From Dehalococcoidia bacterium (lineage in GTDB: Bacteria > Chloroflexota > Dehalococcoidia > Lucifugimonadales > UBA3495): a DNA stretch of 64,000 nucleotides. The stretch lies in NCBI GenBank assembly GCA_034423195.1, contig DAOUIZ010000034.1, positions 2,023-66,022 on the forward strand, given 5' to 3'. The notes under the pieces are model-generated. The model ran no database searches, was not told where the DNA came from, and saw only the letters and a list, made by a program, of their open reading frames with translations. Below are positions 35,792 through 45,319 of the stretch, in pieces. Every line of letters starts with the position of its first letter. Positions within the stretch are counted from its first letter, which is position 1. Both the position numbers and the translations under genes were made by a program.

Positions 35792-35986
35792 CCGGGGGGA
35801 CCGGCCTGCCCTCCAGACCTGGGCGGGGAGGAGTGGCAGTCGGTTACCCGCTCCCCGGAACCGTTGTCCCTGCTGCCCTTTCCCCGTTTGACGCTGGTGA
35901 CGGCGAGTGATAGCGTTGGCCGAAATAGTTGGCGTGACTGGGGTCTCATCCGGGCTGTCCGGGGCCGAGTCCCCAAGGAGCGAAGC

Positions 35987-37045
35987 ATGAAATTCGGCCT
36001 GATGATGGAATGCGACTACCGGGAAGGCAGGACCCAGGCGGAGGCCTTCGACGAGGCTTTCGCCACCGCCACCAGCGCGGAGGAATGGGGCTTCGACGGC
36101 GTGTGGCTGGCAGAGCGGCACTTCGCCCCGCCGGGCAGCGGGCGGGCGATTCCCTCGGTGGTGGCCTCGCCGTTGATATTCGCCACCGCGATAGCGGCCA
36201 GGACCAGCAGCATCCGGGTGGGCACCGCGGTGCTGGTGCTGCCCCTGGGCCACCCGGTACGCATGGCCGAGGAGGTGGCCACCCTGGACAACATCAGCCG
36301 GGGAAGGCTGGACCTGGGCATCGGCCGCAGCGGGTTTCCCTGGGCGTATGACGGGTACGACATACCATACTCGGAGAGCCGGGAACGGTTCATGGAGTAT
36401 TACCAAGTGATGAAGCTGGCCTGGACCGAAGACCGCTTCTCCTACGAGGGCGACCACTACAACTTCCGCGACGTCTGCCTGGTGCCCAAACCCTTCCAGC
36501 AGCCCCATCCGCCGCTGCGCTACGCGGCATCCACCCGGGAAACCTTCGCCGACATGGGACGGCTGGGCATACCCATATTCGCCGGGCTGGGCGGTTCCCC
36601 GGTGTCCGATGTGGCCGAAGCCATCTCCGAGTACCGGGCGGCCTGGAAGGACGCCGGGCATCCGGGCGAGGGCGACGTGATTCTCCGCGTCGGCATCTAC
36701 GTGGCCGAGGACATGGACCGGGCCGTGACCGAACCCCGCGAAAGCACCATGAGCTACTACAACCGCATCCGCCAGGGCCTGATCCAGACGGCAACCTCCT
36801 TCGGAGGAGAGCGTAGGGTGCAGCGGGCGGAACGGCTGGCCAACATGACCTATGAGGACGCACTGGAAGACCGCCTCATCTATGGCACCCCTGACTCGGT
36901 GGCCCAGCGGCTGGAAGAGTGGCGCGACCTCCTGGGGCTGTCGGGCGTCATCATGGAGCCCAACGTGGGCGGCACCGTATCGCCGGAGCTATTGGACAAT
37001 TCGGCCCGGCTGTTCGGGCAGGAGGTAGCTCCCCGGTTCCGGTAA
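35987..37045 (+). CDS. Luciferase-like (LLM class) flavin/F420-dependent oxidoreductase
   Basis: MKFGLMMECDY..WGFDGVWLAERHF..GRLDLGIGRSGFP. AAGGAG lies 6 nt upstream of ATG 35987. Confidence 0.85.
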   Translation: MKFGLMMECDYREGRTQAEAFDEAFATATSAEEWGFDGVWLAERHFAPPGSGRAIPSVVASPLIFATAIAARTSSIRVGTAVLVLPLGHPVRMAEEVATLDNISRGRLDLGIGRSGFPWAYDGYDIPYSESRERFMEYYQVMKLAWTEDRFSYEGDHYNFRDVCLVPKPFQQPHPPLRYAASTRETFADMGRLGIPIFAGLGGSPVSDVAEAISEYRAAWKDAGHPGEGDVILRVGIYVAEDMDRAVTEPRESTMSYYNRIRQGLIQTATSFGGERRVQRAERLANMTYEDALEDRLIYGTPDSVAQRLEEWRDLLGLSGVIMEPNVGGTVSPELLDNSARLFGQEVAPRFR

Positions 37046-37181
37046 CCAAGGGCGGGCATCGTCAAGAAGCCGGCCGCGGGAGGCAACGAAAAGGGGGACG
37101 CCTGGCGAACCTCCTTTTCCATAACCCGTCACCTTTACAGCCCGTCACCGGAAATTTCATCGCTGTCCGGGAGGACCATAC

Positions 37182-38054
37182 TTGTCCCAATATCCCCAGG
37201 ACAAACGGATAACCGTCAACGGCCTCGACTTTCACTACCGGGACTGGGGTGGCTCGGGCCGTTCCCTGGTGCTCCTGCACGGGCTGGCCTCCACCTGTCA
37301 TATCTGGGACCTGGCGGCCCCCATCCTGTCAAAGGACTACTCTGTGGTGGCCCTGGACCAGAGGGGCCACGGCGAGAGCGCCAAACCCGATGAGGGCTAC
37401 CACTTCGCCTCGGTGGCCCATGACCTGCGGGGGTTCATCCGGGGAATGGGATTGGAACGGCCCATCATCGTCGGGCATTCCTGGGGCGGCGACGTGGCGC
37501 TGGAGTTTGCGGTGTCCCATCCTTCGGAAACCAGCGGCCTCTGCCTTGTGGACGGCGGCATGATCGAACCTTCGGCCCGGTACACAACCCTGGAGGAGAC
37601 CCGGCAGCAGATGGCCCCTCCCGTTCTCGCCGGCATGACGGTGGACCAGTTCCTGGAGCGCATCCGCAACGGCAACCAGGCCCGCATGATGACGCCCCGG
37701 GTGGAGGAGGCGATTCTCGCCAACTTTGCCCGCCTGGAGGACAATACCATCCGTCCCCAGCTCAGCCGGGAGAACCACATAAGGATCATTGAAGCCCTGT
37801 GGGACCACCACCCTCCCCGGCTGTATCCCCGGGTGGAGTGTCCGGTGCTGCTCCTGCCCGCCCGGCAGCGGGACAACCCGGCAGCCGCGGAAAGGGTGGA
37901 GCGAAGGGAAACCGGCGTCGCCGCTGCCGCCGAGTCCATTCCGCGGAGCAGGGTGGTCTGGCTGGAGGACAGCGTCCACGACGTACCCCTGCAACGCCCG
38001 GAGTTGGTGGCCAGTGTCGTGAGGGAACATATCGAGGAGGGGTTCTTCGGGTAA
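37182..38054 (+). CDS. Alpha/beta-fold hydrolase
   Basis: HG oxyanion motif LVLLHGLAS and nucleophile elbow VGHSWGG. Confidence 0.8.
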   Translation: MSQYPQDKRITVNGLDFHYRDWGGSGRSLVLLHGLASTCHIWDLAAPILSKDYSVVALDQRGHGESAKPDEGYHFASVAHDLRGFIRGMGLERPIIVGHSWGGDVALEFAVSHPSETSGLCLVDGGMIEPSARYTTLEETRQQMAPPVLAGMTVDQFLERIRNGNQARMMTPRVEEAILANFARLEDNTIRPQLSRENHIRIIEALWDHHPPRLYPRVECPVLLLPARQRDNPAAAERVERRETGVAAAAESIPRSRVVWLEDSVHDVPLQRPELVASVVREHIEEGFFG

Positions 38055-38215
38055 GGAATCAGCGCAAGTCTGCCGGGACGTTTCGCAGTTTAGCAACCGG
38101 GTAATCGTCACCCCTCATCCTGACCACCGCCACTGACCACCGCCTTCACGGAGCAGGGATTCTTGAGGCAGTTTCTGATAAGGTCTGTTGACCACGTAGA
38201 GAGGGAGGAAAAGAG

Positions 38216-39094
38216 ATGACAACCGTAGGAACGGGGAAATATACCTACCAGCTCATTGAGAACTGGGCAAAGCTGCCCGACGGACAGACCTTTGGCAACA
38301 CCAGCGCAGTGACGACCGACTCCCGGGATCGGGTGTACGTCTTCCAGAGGAAGGACCCGCCGGTGATGATTTTCGACCGGGAGGGCAATTTCCTGGACTC
38401 CTGGGGCGCCGGGGTAATCACCGATCCCCACGGGATCTGCATTCACGACGACATCGTCTATGTGACCGACCGGTCCGACTCGGTGGCCCTGAAGTTCACC
38501 CTGGAAGGCAAGCCCCTCCAGGTCCTGGGCGACCGGGGCGTCCACTCGGACACCGGCGGCGAGCGTCCGGGTGACCTGGTTCCCCGGGCCGCCGGCCCCT
38601 TCAACTACCCCACCGAGCTGGTGCCCGCGCCCTCCGGCGACCTCTATGTCTCCGACGGGTACCGGAACGCCCGGGTGCACCGCTTTTCCGGGGATGGCCG
38701 GCTGATTTCGTCCTGGGGAGAGCCGGGGAAGGAGGGGCCGAACCAGTTTCACCTGCCCCACAGCATCCTGGTGGACGAGGAAGGAACGGTGTTCGTCTGC
38801 GACCGGGAGAACAGCCGCATCCAGGTCTTCTCTTCCGACGGGCAGTTCCGCGAGATGTGGTCCGACCTGCGCCGCCCCCTGGACATATCCATGGACCGGG
38901 ACGGCGTTCTCTGCGTCAGCGAAGGCGCGGTCAACGGGCTGTCGGCCCGGGTCAGCCTGCTGGACAAGCACGGCAGCGTGGTGGCCCGCTGGGACGCCAA
39001 CTCGGCCCACGGAAGCTGGATTGACGCCCACGGCGACATCTACATGGCCCTGGGCGCAATGGAGCGGGTGGACAAGTACGTCCGGCAGGGGTAG
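38216..39094 (+). CDS. NHL-repeat six-bladed beta-propeller protein (peptidyl-hydroxyglycine lyase-like)
   Basis: Repeated units: DRVYVFQR, IVYVTDRSDSV, LYVSDGYRNARVHRF, VFVCDRENSRIQVF. Confidence 0.75.
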   Translation: MTTVGTGKYTYQLIENWAKLPDGQTFGNTSAVTTDSRDRVYVFQRKDPPVMIFDREGNFLDSWGAGVITDPHGICIHDDIVYVTDRSDSVALKFTLEGKPLQVLGDRGVHSDTGGERPGDLVPRAAGPFNYPTELVPAPSGDLYVSDGYRNARVHRFSGDGRLISSWGEPGKEGPNQFHLPHSILVDEEGTVFVCDRENSRIQVFSSDGQFREMWSDLRRPLDISMDRDGVLCVSEGAVNGLSARVSLLDKHGSVVARWDANSAHGSWIDAHGDIYMALGAMERVDKYVRQG

Positions 39095-39177
39095 CCCTGC
39101 CGCCTCGTCAAAGTGGCGCGTCATGCCTAGCCCGTAAATCCACGCTGGAATTGGACACTGGGAGAGGTCAACTGAAG

Positions 39178-39990
39178 ATGGAATACCGCAAACTTGGCAA
39201 CCTGGACGTTTCAGCCATCGGCCTGGGAACGCTGCGGACCTTCGACGTCACCGGCGGCGACGAGATAGCCGTGCGAAGGCAGATTGTGGACAACTGCCTG
39301 GACAGCGACGTCAACCTGATCGACACCGCCGCCTGGTACGGCCACGCGGAGCAGGTCGTGGGCGAGATCACCGAGGACCTGCGGGACCAGTTCTACATCG
39401 CCACCAAGGTCCGCACCGAGGGCAAGGAGGCCGGCGAGGCCCAGATTGCCCAGTCCTTCGAGGCGTTGCAGACGGACTACATCGACCTCTTCCAGGTCCA
39501 CAACATGATCGACTGGCAGACTCACCTGCCCACCCTGGAGCGGCTCAAGGACGAGGGCAAAATCGGCATGGTCGGCGTCTCGGCCATGGTCCCCGAGGCC
39601 TATCCCACCATCATGGACCTGATGCGCGAAGGGCGGGTGGACGCCGTCCAGATTCCCTACAACGTGCTGAACCGGAGCGTTGAGGATGAGCTGCTGCCCC
39701 TGGCGGAAGAGCTGGGCACCGGAATACTGGTGATGGAGCCGCTCCAGAAGGGCCGTTACGTCCTGGAGCTGAAGCAGCAGCCCGACCTTACGCCGCTGCG
39801 GGACTACGGCATCAACACCTGGGCCCAGGCCCTGCTGGCCTGGGTCATATCCGACCGGCGGGTGAGCTCGGCCATACCCACCACCTCCCGCCCGGAGCGC
39901 ATCCGGGAAAACGCCCAGGCCGCCGCGGCCGCCGAACTGCCCCAGCAGTTCCGCGACTACATCCGCTCCGAGGCGGAGCGTTGCCTCTGA
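39178..39990 (+). CDS. Aldo/keto reductase
   Basis: MEYRKLGNLDVSAIGLGT, IDTAAWYG, VQIPYNVLNR. Confidence 0.85.
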   Translation: MEYRKLGNLDVSAIGLGTLRTFDVTGGDEIAVRRQIVDNCLDSDVNLIDTAAWYGHAEQVVGEITEDLRDQFYIATKVRTEGKEAGEAQIAQSFEALQTDYIDLFQVHNMIDWQTHLPTLERLKDEGKIGMVGVSAMVPEAYPTIMDLMREGRVDAVQIPYNVLNRSVEDELLPLAEELGTGILVMEPLQKGRYVLELKQQPDLTPLRDYGINTWAQALLAWVISDRRVSSAIPTTSRPERIRENAQAAAAAELPQQFRDYIRSEAERCL

Positions 39991-40047
39991 ACGGCTCGCC
40001 GCACAAAGGCGATTGCGGAAAGGTGGCTGCAGAAAGGTGATTTAAGG

Positions 40048-40830
40048 ATGCAACTGGAAGGCAAAGTCGCCCTGGTAACCGGAGGCGCCCGCGGGTTGGG
40101 CCGCTCCATGGCCCTGGCCTATGCCCGCGAGGGAGCGGACATTGCCATCGTGGCCCGCACTCCTTCGGAGCTGGACGCGGTGGGCCGGGAAATACACGCC
40201 CTCGGCCGCCGCTGCCACACCGTCAACGCTGACCTGGCCACCAGAGAGGGCGCCAATCGAGCAGCCCGGGAGACCATCACCGAGTTGGGGAAGATAGACA
40301 TCCTGGTCAACAACGCCGGCGGATACCGCCTCTTCACCAACGACCTGACCCACTCGGTGACAGTCCTGGACATCACCGAGGAGGAGTGGCGGCGAGTGCT
40401 GGAGTCGAACTTGACCACCACTTTCCTTGCCTGCAAGGCGGTCCTGCCCCACATGATGGAACGCCGCTGCGGCGTCATCATCAACCTGACCTCAAGGAAC
40501 GTCGCCCGCCGGGGGCGCGCCGGCCAGGCGTCCTACGGGGCTGCCAAGGCGGCGGTGGAGCGGCTGAGCGAGGCGCTGGCGGACGAGGTTAAGGACTTCG
40601 GCATCGCCGTCAACATCCTCGATCCCGGCTGGAACCTTACCAGGCCCAACGACGACTACGACGATGAAGTCCACAGGCGAATGAGGTTGCCCGACGACAT
40701 TGCCGAAGCCGCCGTTTTCATGGCCCGGCAGACCCCGGAAACCATGACCGGCCAGTTGGTCTCCGCGCCGGAGTACGACGAAGAGCACGGCATACAGCGC
40801 CTTTCAGCATACGACCGCCTCCACGCCTAG
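40048..40830 (+). CDS. Short-chain dehydrogenase/reductase (SDR)
   Basis: TGGARGLG cofactor motif, NNAG, catalytic YGAAK. Confidence 0.9.
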   Translation: MQLEGKVALVTGGARGLGRSMALAYAREGADIAIVARTPSELDAVGREIHALGRRCHTVNADLATREGANRAARETITELGKIDILVNNAGGYRLFTNDLTHSVTVLDITEEEWRRVLESNLTTTFLACKAVLPHMMERRCGVIINLTSRNVARRGRAGQASYGAAKAAVERLSEALADEVKDFGIAVNILDPGWNLTRPNDDYDDEVHRRMRLPDDIAEAAVFMARQTPETMTGQLVSAPEYDEEHGIQRLSAYDRLHA

Positions 40831-41011
40831 TTTCGATCCGGGGAGCCACATCCCGGTCAGCCCATCCGCCAGGGCTGACTGCATTGACAACCTGTGCCGA
40901 GGGGGGGCGCACAACCCTTCCCTCTTTACTAAAGGTTGCCGCTTTCGCCCCCAATTCAGGAAACTTTTCTGAGGGGACTGGCGGCTCCATTTCTCCAGGA
41001 CTCCAATGGGA

Positions 41012-41785
41012 CTATCCTCCAAACCGGAACAGTGTTGCCGCAGTCTTGGCAAAGATCCATTCCCTGTCCTCGTCATTCCTGATTACGTGCTCCATCAACA
41101 GCCGCAGGCAATTGCCGTATCCCTCCCGTTCGGCGACATGGGGATAGTCGCTGCCCCACATGAGCCGCTGCGCTCCAAATGACTCGACGGCCATCTCAAT
41201 TACCGGAGGAATATCCTGGAAGGGGGCCTCCGGTTGCGGGAAACGCTGGGGGCGTGGGCAAATTTCCCCCAGCCCGGGGATCTTCATGTAGACGTTGGGG
41301 TATTGGGCGAGGGACAACACTCGCCGGAACATATCGTAGGGCGCAACAGCATCCTCCATCCGGCATCCCAGGTGTTCGAGGACGATTTTCAGGTTGGGCA
41401 GGGATTCCACGATGTTGCGAAAGTGGCCAGAAACGGAGTCTTCGACCCGGCGGCGCACGCTGACTACCAGGCCCAACTCGTCGGCTTTCTGCCAGATGCT
41501 CGCCGGGTCGCCCGGGCTCAGCCGGACTCCCTCGGCTCCCCGCTGCGCCCATTCTTCCAGTTGGGCAGGCGCCTCCGGCAAGAGGGGATCCACCGTTGCC
41601 ACCACCGAAAAGCGGCCCGGGAAGCGTTGGGCGCATTCGAGCAAATAGGGATTAAGCGAATCAACCATCCCCAGCGGTATTAGCAACGCCTTCTCCACGC
41701 CGTTTCTCAGCAACGAGTCCAAAGCCGGTTCAATTGGCTCATAGTAGAAGTGCGCGGCATGGCAGTGGGAGTCTATTATTTGCAT
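41012..41785 (-). CDS. Amidohydrolase_2 family metal-dependent hydrolase/decarboxylase
   Basis: N-terminal MQIIDSHCH metal-binding motif and C-terminal WGSDYPH. Confidence 0.8.
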   Translation of the reverse strand: MQIIDSHCHAAHFYYEPIEPALDSLLRNGVEKALLIPLGMVDSLNPYLLECAQRFPGRFSVVATVDPLLPEAPAQLEEWAQRGAEGVRLSPGDPASIWQKADELGLVVSVRRRVEDSVSGHFRNIVESLPNLKIVLEHLGCRMEDAVAPYDMFRRVLSLAQYPNVYMKIPGLGEICPRPQRFPQPEAPFQDIPPVIEMAVESFGAQRLMWGSDYPHVAEREGYGNCLRLLMEHVIRNDEDREWIFAKTAATLFRFGG

Positions 41786-42050
41786 CGTCCTATTGGCCTA
41801 CCAACTTTGAAATAAGGGTACAGGGACTTGAGCTTGATGTGGGCGTCATGGGTGGTGAAACGCCAGTCTGTCGGCTTCTACATCGTACATCCATCATTTC
41901 GAGTGTGGTAGGCCGCTAGCTGCGCGACGTTTCTATCCAGGTGGACGCGCCATTGGACACAGGACTGTGGATTTACCAGGATGGGCGGGAGCGTGGTGGC
42001 TGGAGAAAGTGTTTGCGCCAGCGCCTTGGTGGAATTGCGTTGCCTGCATT

Positions 42051-42069
42051 TATGTGGTAAAAGTACATA
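42051..42069. promoter_or_regulatory. Palindromic TATGT-N9-ACATA element abutting the padR start (possible PadR operator)
   Basis: Read directly. The known PadR operators I recall are ATGT-N8-ACAT, so the spacing here is off by one. Confidence 0.3.
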
Positions 42070-42070
42070 T

Positions 42071-42514
42071 ATGGAGCCACAAGACCCTTGGGCCGGGCAC
42101 CGGCTGCCGAAGAATTTTATGACTCCGTGGATCCTGCTGGTGCTGAAGCAGTGGAGCGTCCACGGGTACGTCATCATGCAGCAGCTGAACCGGATGGGGT
42201 TCCCTGAAGTGGACCATCCGACGCTTTACCGGGAGCTCCGACGGCTGGAGCGGGAGGGGCATGTATCCTCGGAGTGGCAGACGGACGGGAGCGGCCCGGC
42301 CAAGCGGGTATACAGCATCACCGAAGCGGGGGAGGAGCTGCTGAAGGGATGGAGTGAGGTGGTGTCGGGGTATCAGAGGATGATCAACGGGTTTTTTGAT
42401 TTGTACTCCCAGTTTTTTGGCTTTCCCGCCGAGGCGGCGCATTCCGGGGACGAGGATTCCCCGGGAGATGGCGGTGATTCGGCGAAGGAAGGAAGCCCGG
42501 ACAGTGTCCAATAG
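42071..42514 (+). CDS. PadR family transcriptional regulator
   Basis: ILLVLKQWSVHGYVIMQQL...TLYRELRRLEREGHVSSEW...KRVYSITEAG winged-helix pattern. Start moved to ATG 42071. Confidence 0.8.
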   Translation: MEPQDPWAGHRLPKNFMTPWILLVLKQWSVHGYVIMQQLNRMGFPEVDHPTLYRELRRLEREGHVSSEWQTDGSGPAKRVYSITEAGEELLKGWSEVVSGYQRMINGFFDLYSQFFGFPAEAAHSGDEDSPGDGGDSAKEGSPDSVQ

Positions 42515-42533
42515 TAACGGAGGAAAAGGAACC

Positions 42534-43046
42534 ATGGCGGACAAGATGAACGAGGCATCCCAGGCGGTGTTCAAGGCGCAGAACGAGTTGGCCGGGAAGG
42601 GATTTTCGGCGGCCGCAGCGGGCTTTGATCAGATGACCGGGATGGTCAAGAGCGGGGCCGAGGCTTCCCAGGTTGAAGCCCGGGAGGCCCGGCAGGCCTG
42701 GGATGGGATGATGTTGTATGCCCAGACCCGCAACGGCAAGGTATTGGAGTTGGCCAGGGAAATGACTGCTGTTCCGGCGTCCGGCGGTGCCCGGGTGAAA
42801 CCGGAAGTACGCGAGTTGGTCCGGGAAATCATGGATGGTGACGCCGGGTTTTACGGGGCCTGCGCCGAGTACGTGACGGGAGTGGAACAGCGTCGGGTGG
42901 AGCTCGTGGCCGGAATGCTCAGAACAAACACCGCCCTGATGGAGTCGGGACAGGAAGTGGTGAAGAGCGCCTTTGACTACGGGCAGGCGTTGATGGGGTG
43001 GTCGGCGGCGATGGTCAAGGGGACTCCGGCCCCAGAGCAGGAGTAG
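42534..43046 (+). CDS. Phasin-like hypothetical protein (helical, Ala/Glu/Gln-rich)
   Basis: GGAGGA RBS upstream of ATG 42534. All-helical composition. Position between padR and phaC. Confidence 0.45.
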   Translation: MADKMNEASQAVFKAQNELAGKGFSAAAAGFDQMTGMVKSGAEASQVEAREARQAWDGMMLYAQTRNGKVLELAREMTAVPASGGARVKPEVRELVREIMDGDAGFYGACAEYVTGVEQRRVELVAGMLRTNTALMESGQEVVKSAFDYGQALMGWSAAMVKGTPAPEQE

Positions 43047-43139
43047 CGGGGATCGTCATTCTCCGGTTCTCCAACCCACCGGGGTAGGGATTTCTGCGGC
43101 TATTTCCGGTTCCCGACAGAGGGGCGAGGAGGCGTTGCC

Positions 43140-44228
43140 TTGGTTGATTCAACAGAGTTTGCGGCTCAATTCCAAGAAGACCTGAAGAAGAACATGGAGC
43201 GGGTCCAGACCCTGTTCGACTCCTTCGTCACCAACCCGAGCGACCCTCCGGTGGGGGCCACTCCGTCGCAAGTCATCTGGAAGCGGGGCAAGACCAGGCT
43301 GCTCAGGTATGCGCCGGGGCGGCACAAGACCAATCCCCTGCCCTATTTCATCGTTCCCTGGCTGGGGATAAGCCGTCCCTACGTTTTGGACCTTTTGCCC
43401 GGGAACAGCATGATCGAGTACCTGGTGAACCAGGGACACGACGTTTACCTGCTGGACTGGGGAGAGATCGCCGAGGAAGACAAGGAACTGGGGTTCGAGG
43501 AAGCCGTCTTCAACATTATTCCGAGGGCTCTCGAGCAGATCCTGGAAACCTCGGGAGCGCGGGAGATTACATTGAACGGGCTGTGCCTGGGCGGAACGCT
43601 GGGTGCTTGCTACCTGGCCCTGAATCCGGATGCCCCGGTGCGGAATTTCGTGGCAGTGGTTGCTCCGATTGATTTTGACCAGGGCGGCATGTTCCGGGTG
43701 TGGCTGGACCAGCGGTACTTTCCCGCGGACCTGATCGTGGAGCGGTACGGCGGGCTGCCGGCCAGCCTGATGGGCACCGGCTTCAAGATGCTGCGGCCGA
43801 CGCTGGAAGCGCAAGCCATGGCTGGCCTTTGGGCCAATGCCCATCGTCCGGGGTATATTGAAAGCTACAAGGCGATGAACCGCTGGGCCAACGACTTTAT
43901 CGGGATGCCGGGGCAGTTCTTCAGGGAGCTGGCAAAGGACCTGTACGGCAGCAACCGGCTGGTGCGGGGAGAGTTCGTTCTGAACGGCCAGGCGGTTGAC
44001 CTGAAGCGCATCGTCCAGCCCCTGCTTGTGGCCGCCGCCAGCCAGGACTACATCGTTCCGTCGCCAGCGGCGGAGGGACTGATGAACGCCGTGGGCAGCG
44101 CGGATAAGGAGTTTGTGGAACTGCCGGGAGGGCATATCTCGGTGTTTTCCGGGCGGCAAGCCCACCAAACCCTGTGGCCCAAGATAAATGAGTGGGTGCT
44201 GGCCCATTCTGCGGCACCGGCCGACTGA
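43140..44228 (+). CDS. phaC: Class III poly(3-hydroxyalkanoate) synthase catalytic subunit PhaC
   Basis: About 360 aa alpha/beta hydrolase with lipase-like box GLCLGG (Cys nucleophile). Followed by a phaE-like gene. Confidence 0.85.
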   Translation: MVDSTEFAAQFQEDLKKNMERVQTLFDSFVTNPSDPPVGATPSQVIWKRGKTRLLRYAPGRHKTNPLPYFIVPWLGISRPYVLDLLPGNSMIEYLVNQGHDVYLLDWGEIAEEDKELGFEEAVFNIIPRALEQILETSGAREITLNGLCLGGTLGACYLALNPDAPVRNFVAVVAPIDFDQGGMFRVWLDQRYFPADLIVERYGGLPASLMGTGFKMLRPTLEAQAMAGLWANAHRPGYIESYKAMNRWANDFIGMPGQFFRELAKDLYGSNRLVRGEFVLNGQAVDLKRIVQPLLVAAASQDYIVPSPAAEGLMNAVGSADKEFVELPGGHISVFSGRQAHQTLWPKINEWVLAHSAAPAD

Positions 44229-44285
44229 CCTTCCTCCAGCTTATGCCCATTCCCAGTTGAGTTAGTCCACAAGGGAGACTTCCCC

Positions 44286-44990
44286 ATGACTACGCGCGAA
44301 ACCGGAACCAGCGACAACAGTTCGGCGGGTGGGGGCAACGCGTCCGCCGCCTTCGATGCCTGGCAGGAGATGTTCAGGAAATCGGCGGAAGCGTGGGCGC
44401 AGGCAGCCCCGGGGTTCCCCGGATTTGCTTCCCCCGGGCCAGGGGCAACGCCCTTCGGGGGGTGGCCTTTCGCGGTTCCCCCATTCGGGAGGGGCGGCAG
44501 CACGGTGCCGGGGATGGATGGGCCGTTCCAGGGATTCAACGTGGATGGGCTGACGCGGATGTGGCAGCAGCTTTACCAAGTGTGGGCGGAGCAGGCACGG
44601 CAGATGATGGCCGACCCCACTTTCCCACAGAGCTTGTCGGAAGCTGAAAGGCAGTGGGCACAGGGGTTGGAATCGCTGGCGTCTACTTTTGCCAAGTCGA
44701 TGAGCACGGAAGAATTTTCGCAGGCGCTGGGCAAATACATGGAGCAGGCGCTGGTCTGGCAGGGAAAGCTGACCAGGGAAAGCAATCCGCAGATGGACGC
44801 CGCCCTGCGGGCATGGAACGTGCCATCGCGGGCACAGATTGACCGGTTGTTTGAACGGGTTATTGGTCTGGAGGGACAGATCGAGTCCCTGTCAGATGAG
44901 GTCCGAAAGCTCCAGGCCACTGTTGATGCCGCCACCACGGCGCGGCGGGCAACGTCCGCACCGGCCAGTCCAGCGGAACCGGGAGCCTGA
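44286..44990 (+). CDS. phaE: Class III PHA synthase subunit PhaE-like protein
   Basis: C-terminal NVPSRAQIDRLFERVIGLEGQIESLSDEVRKLQ resembles the conserved PhaE box. Immediately downstream of phaC. Confidence 0.6.
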   Translation: MTTRETGTSDNSSAGGGNASAAFDAWQEMFRKSAEAWAQAAPGFPGFASPGPGATPFGGWPFAVPPFGRGGSTVPGMDGPFQGFNVDGLTRMWQQLYQVWAEQARQMMADPTFPQSLSEAERQWAQGLESLASTFAKSMSTEEFSQALGKYMEQALVWQGKLTRESNPQMDAALRAWNVPSRAQIDRLFERVIGLEGQIESLSDEVRKLQATVDAATTARRATSAPASPAEPGA

Positions 44991-45151
44991 CCGGAAACGC
45001 AGGAGAAGCCCCCCGTTTAGAACCCGTTTCCCGCGTACCGCTCCCTGAACCGGGGGTCCCGCTCTCGGAAACCCGGGGAAGGCATCCTGTCGTGATGGTC
45101 TCCCCGGGTTCGCACGTCTGGGTTGGCGTGGCTGGGTTGGCGGAGCCGATG

Positions 45152-45240
45152 TTCACCAAACTTTCACCAAGGACTAGGCATCGCGATGCTTCAGGCAGAT
45201 ATATGATACTGCCTATGATTGGCACTTCACCTATTTTCAC
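45152..45240 (+). promoter_or_regulatory. Two pairs of phased TTCAC direct repeats flanking a 6-bp-stem palindrome upstream of amt
   Basis: TTCACCAA at 45152 and 45163 (11-nt period). TTCAC at 45226 and 45236 (10-nt period). AGGCAG-N10-CTGCCT at 45193-45214. amt ATG at 45320. Confidence 0.4.
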
Positions 45241-45319
45241 GTTGGGGTTAAACTAAGGCCGCGGGTAAACTGATGAGAAGCGGCGCCCCGGTCGACCCAG
45301 CCGGCGCCACCGGAGGTCG

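Noticed and set aside
45140-45200. Possible glutamine (glnA-type) riboswitch upstream of amt copy 1; also GGAAGGAACG at 11478-11487
   Set aside because: Only fragments resemble the consensus (GTTCACC..., GAAGGAACG). The paired CGTTC...GAACG P1 stem and the ACGGAAGTAGG core are not both present at either site.
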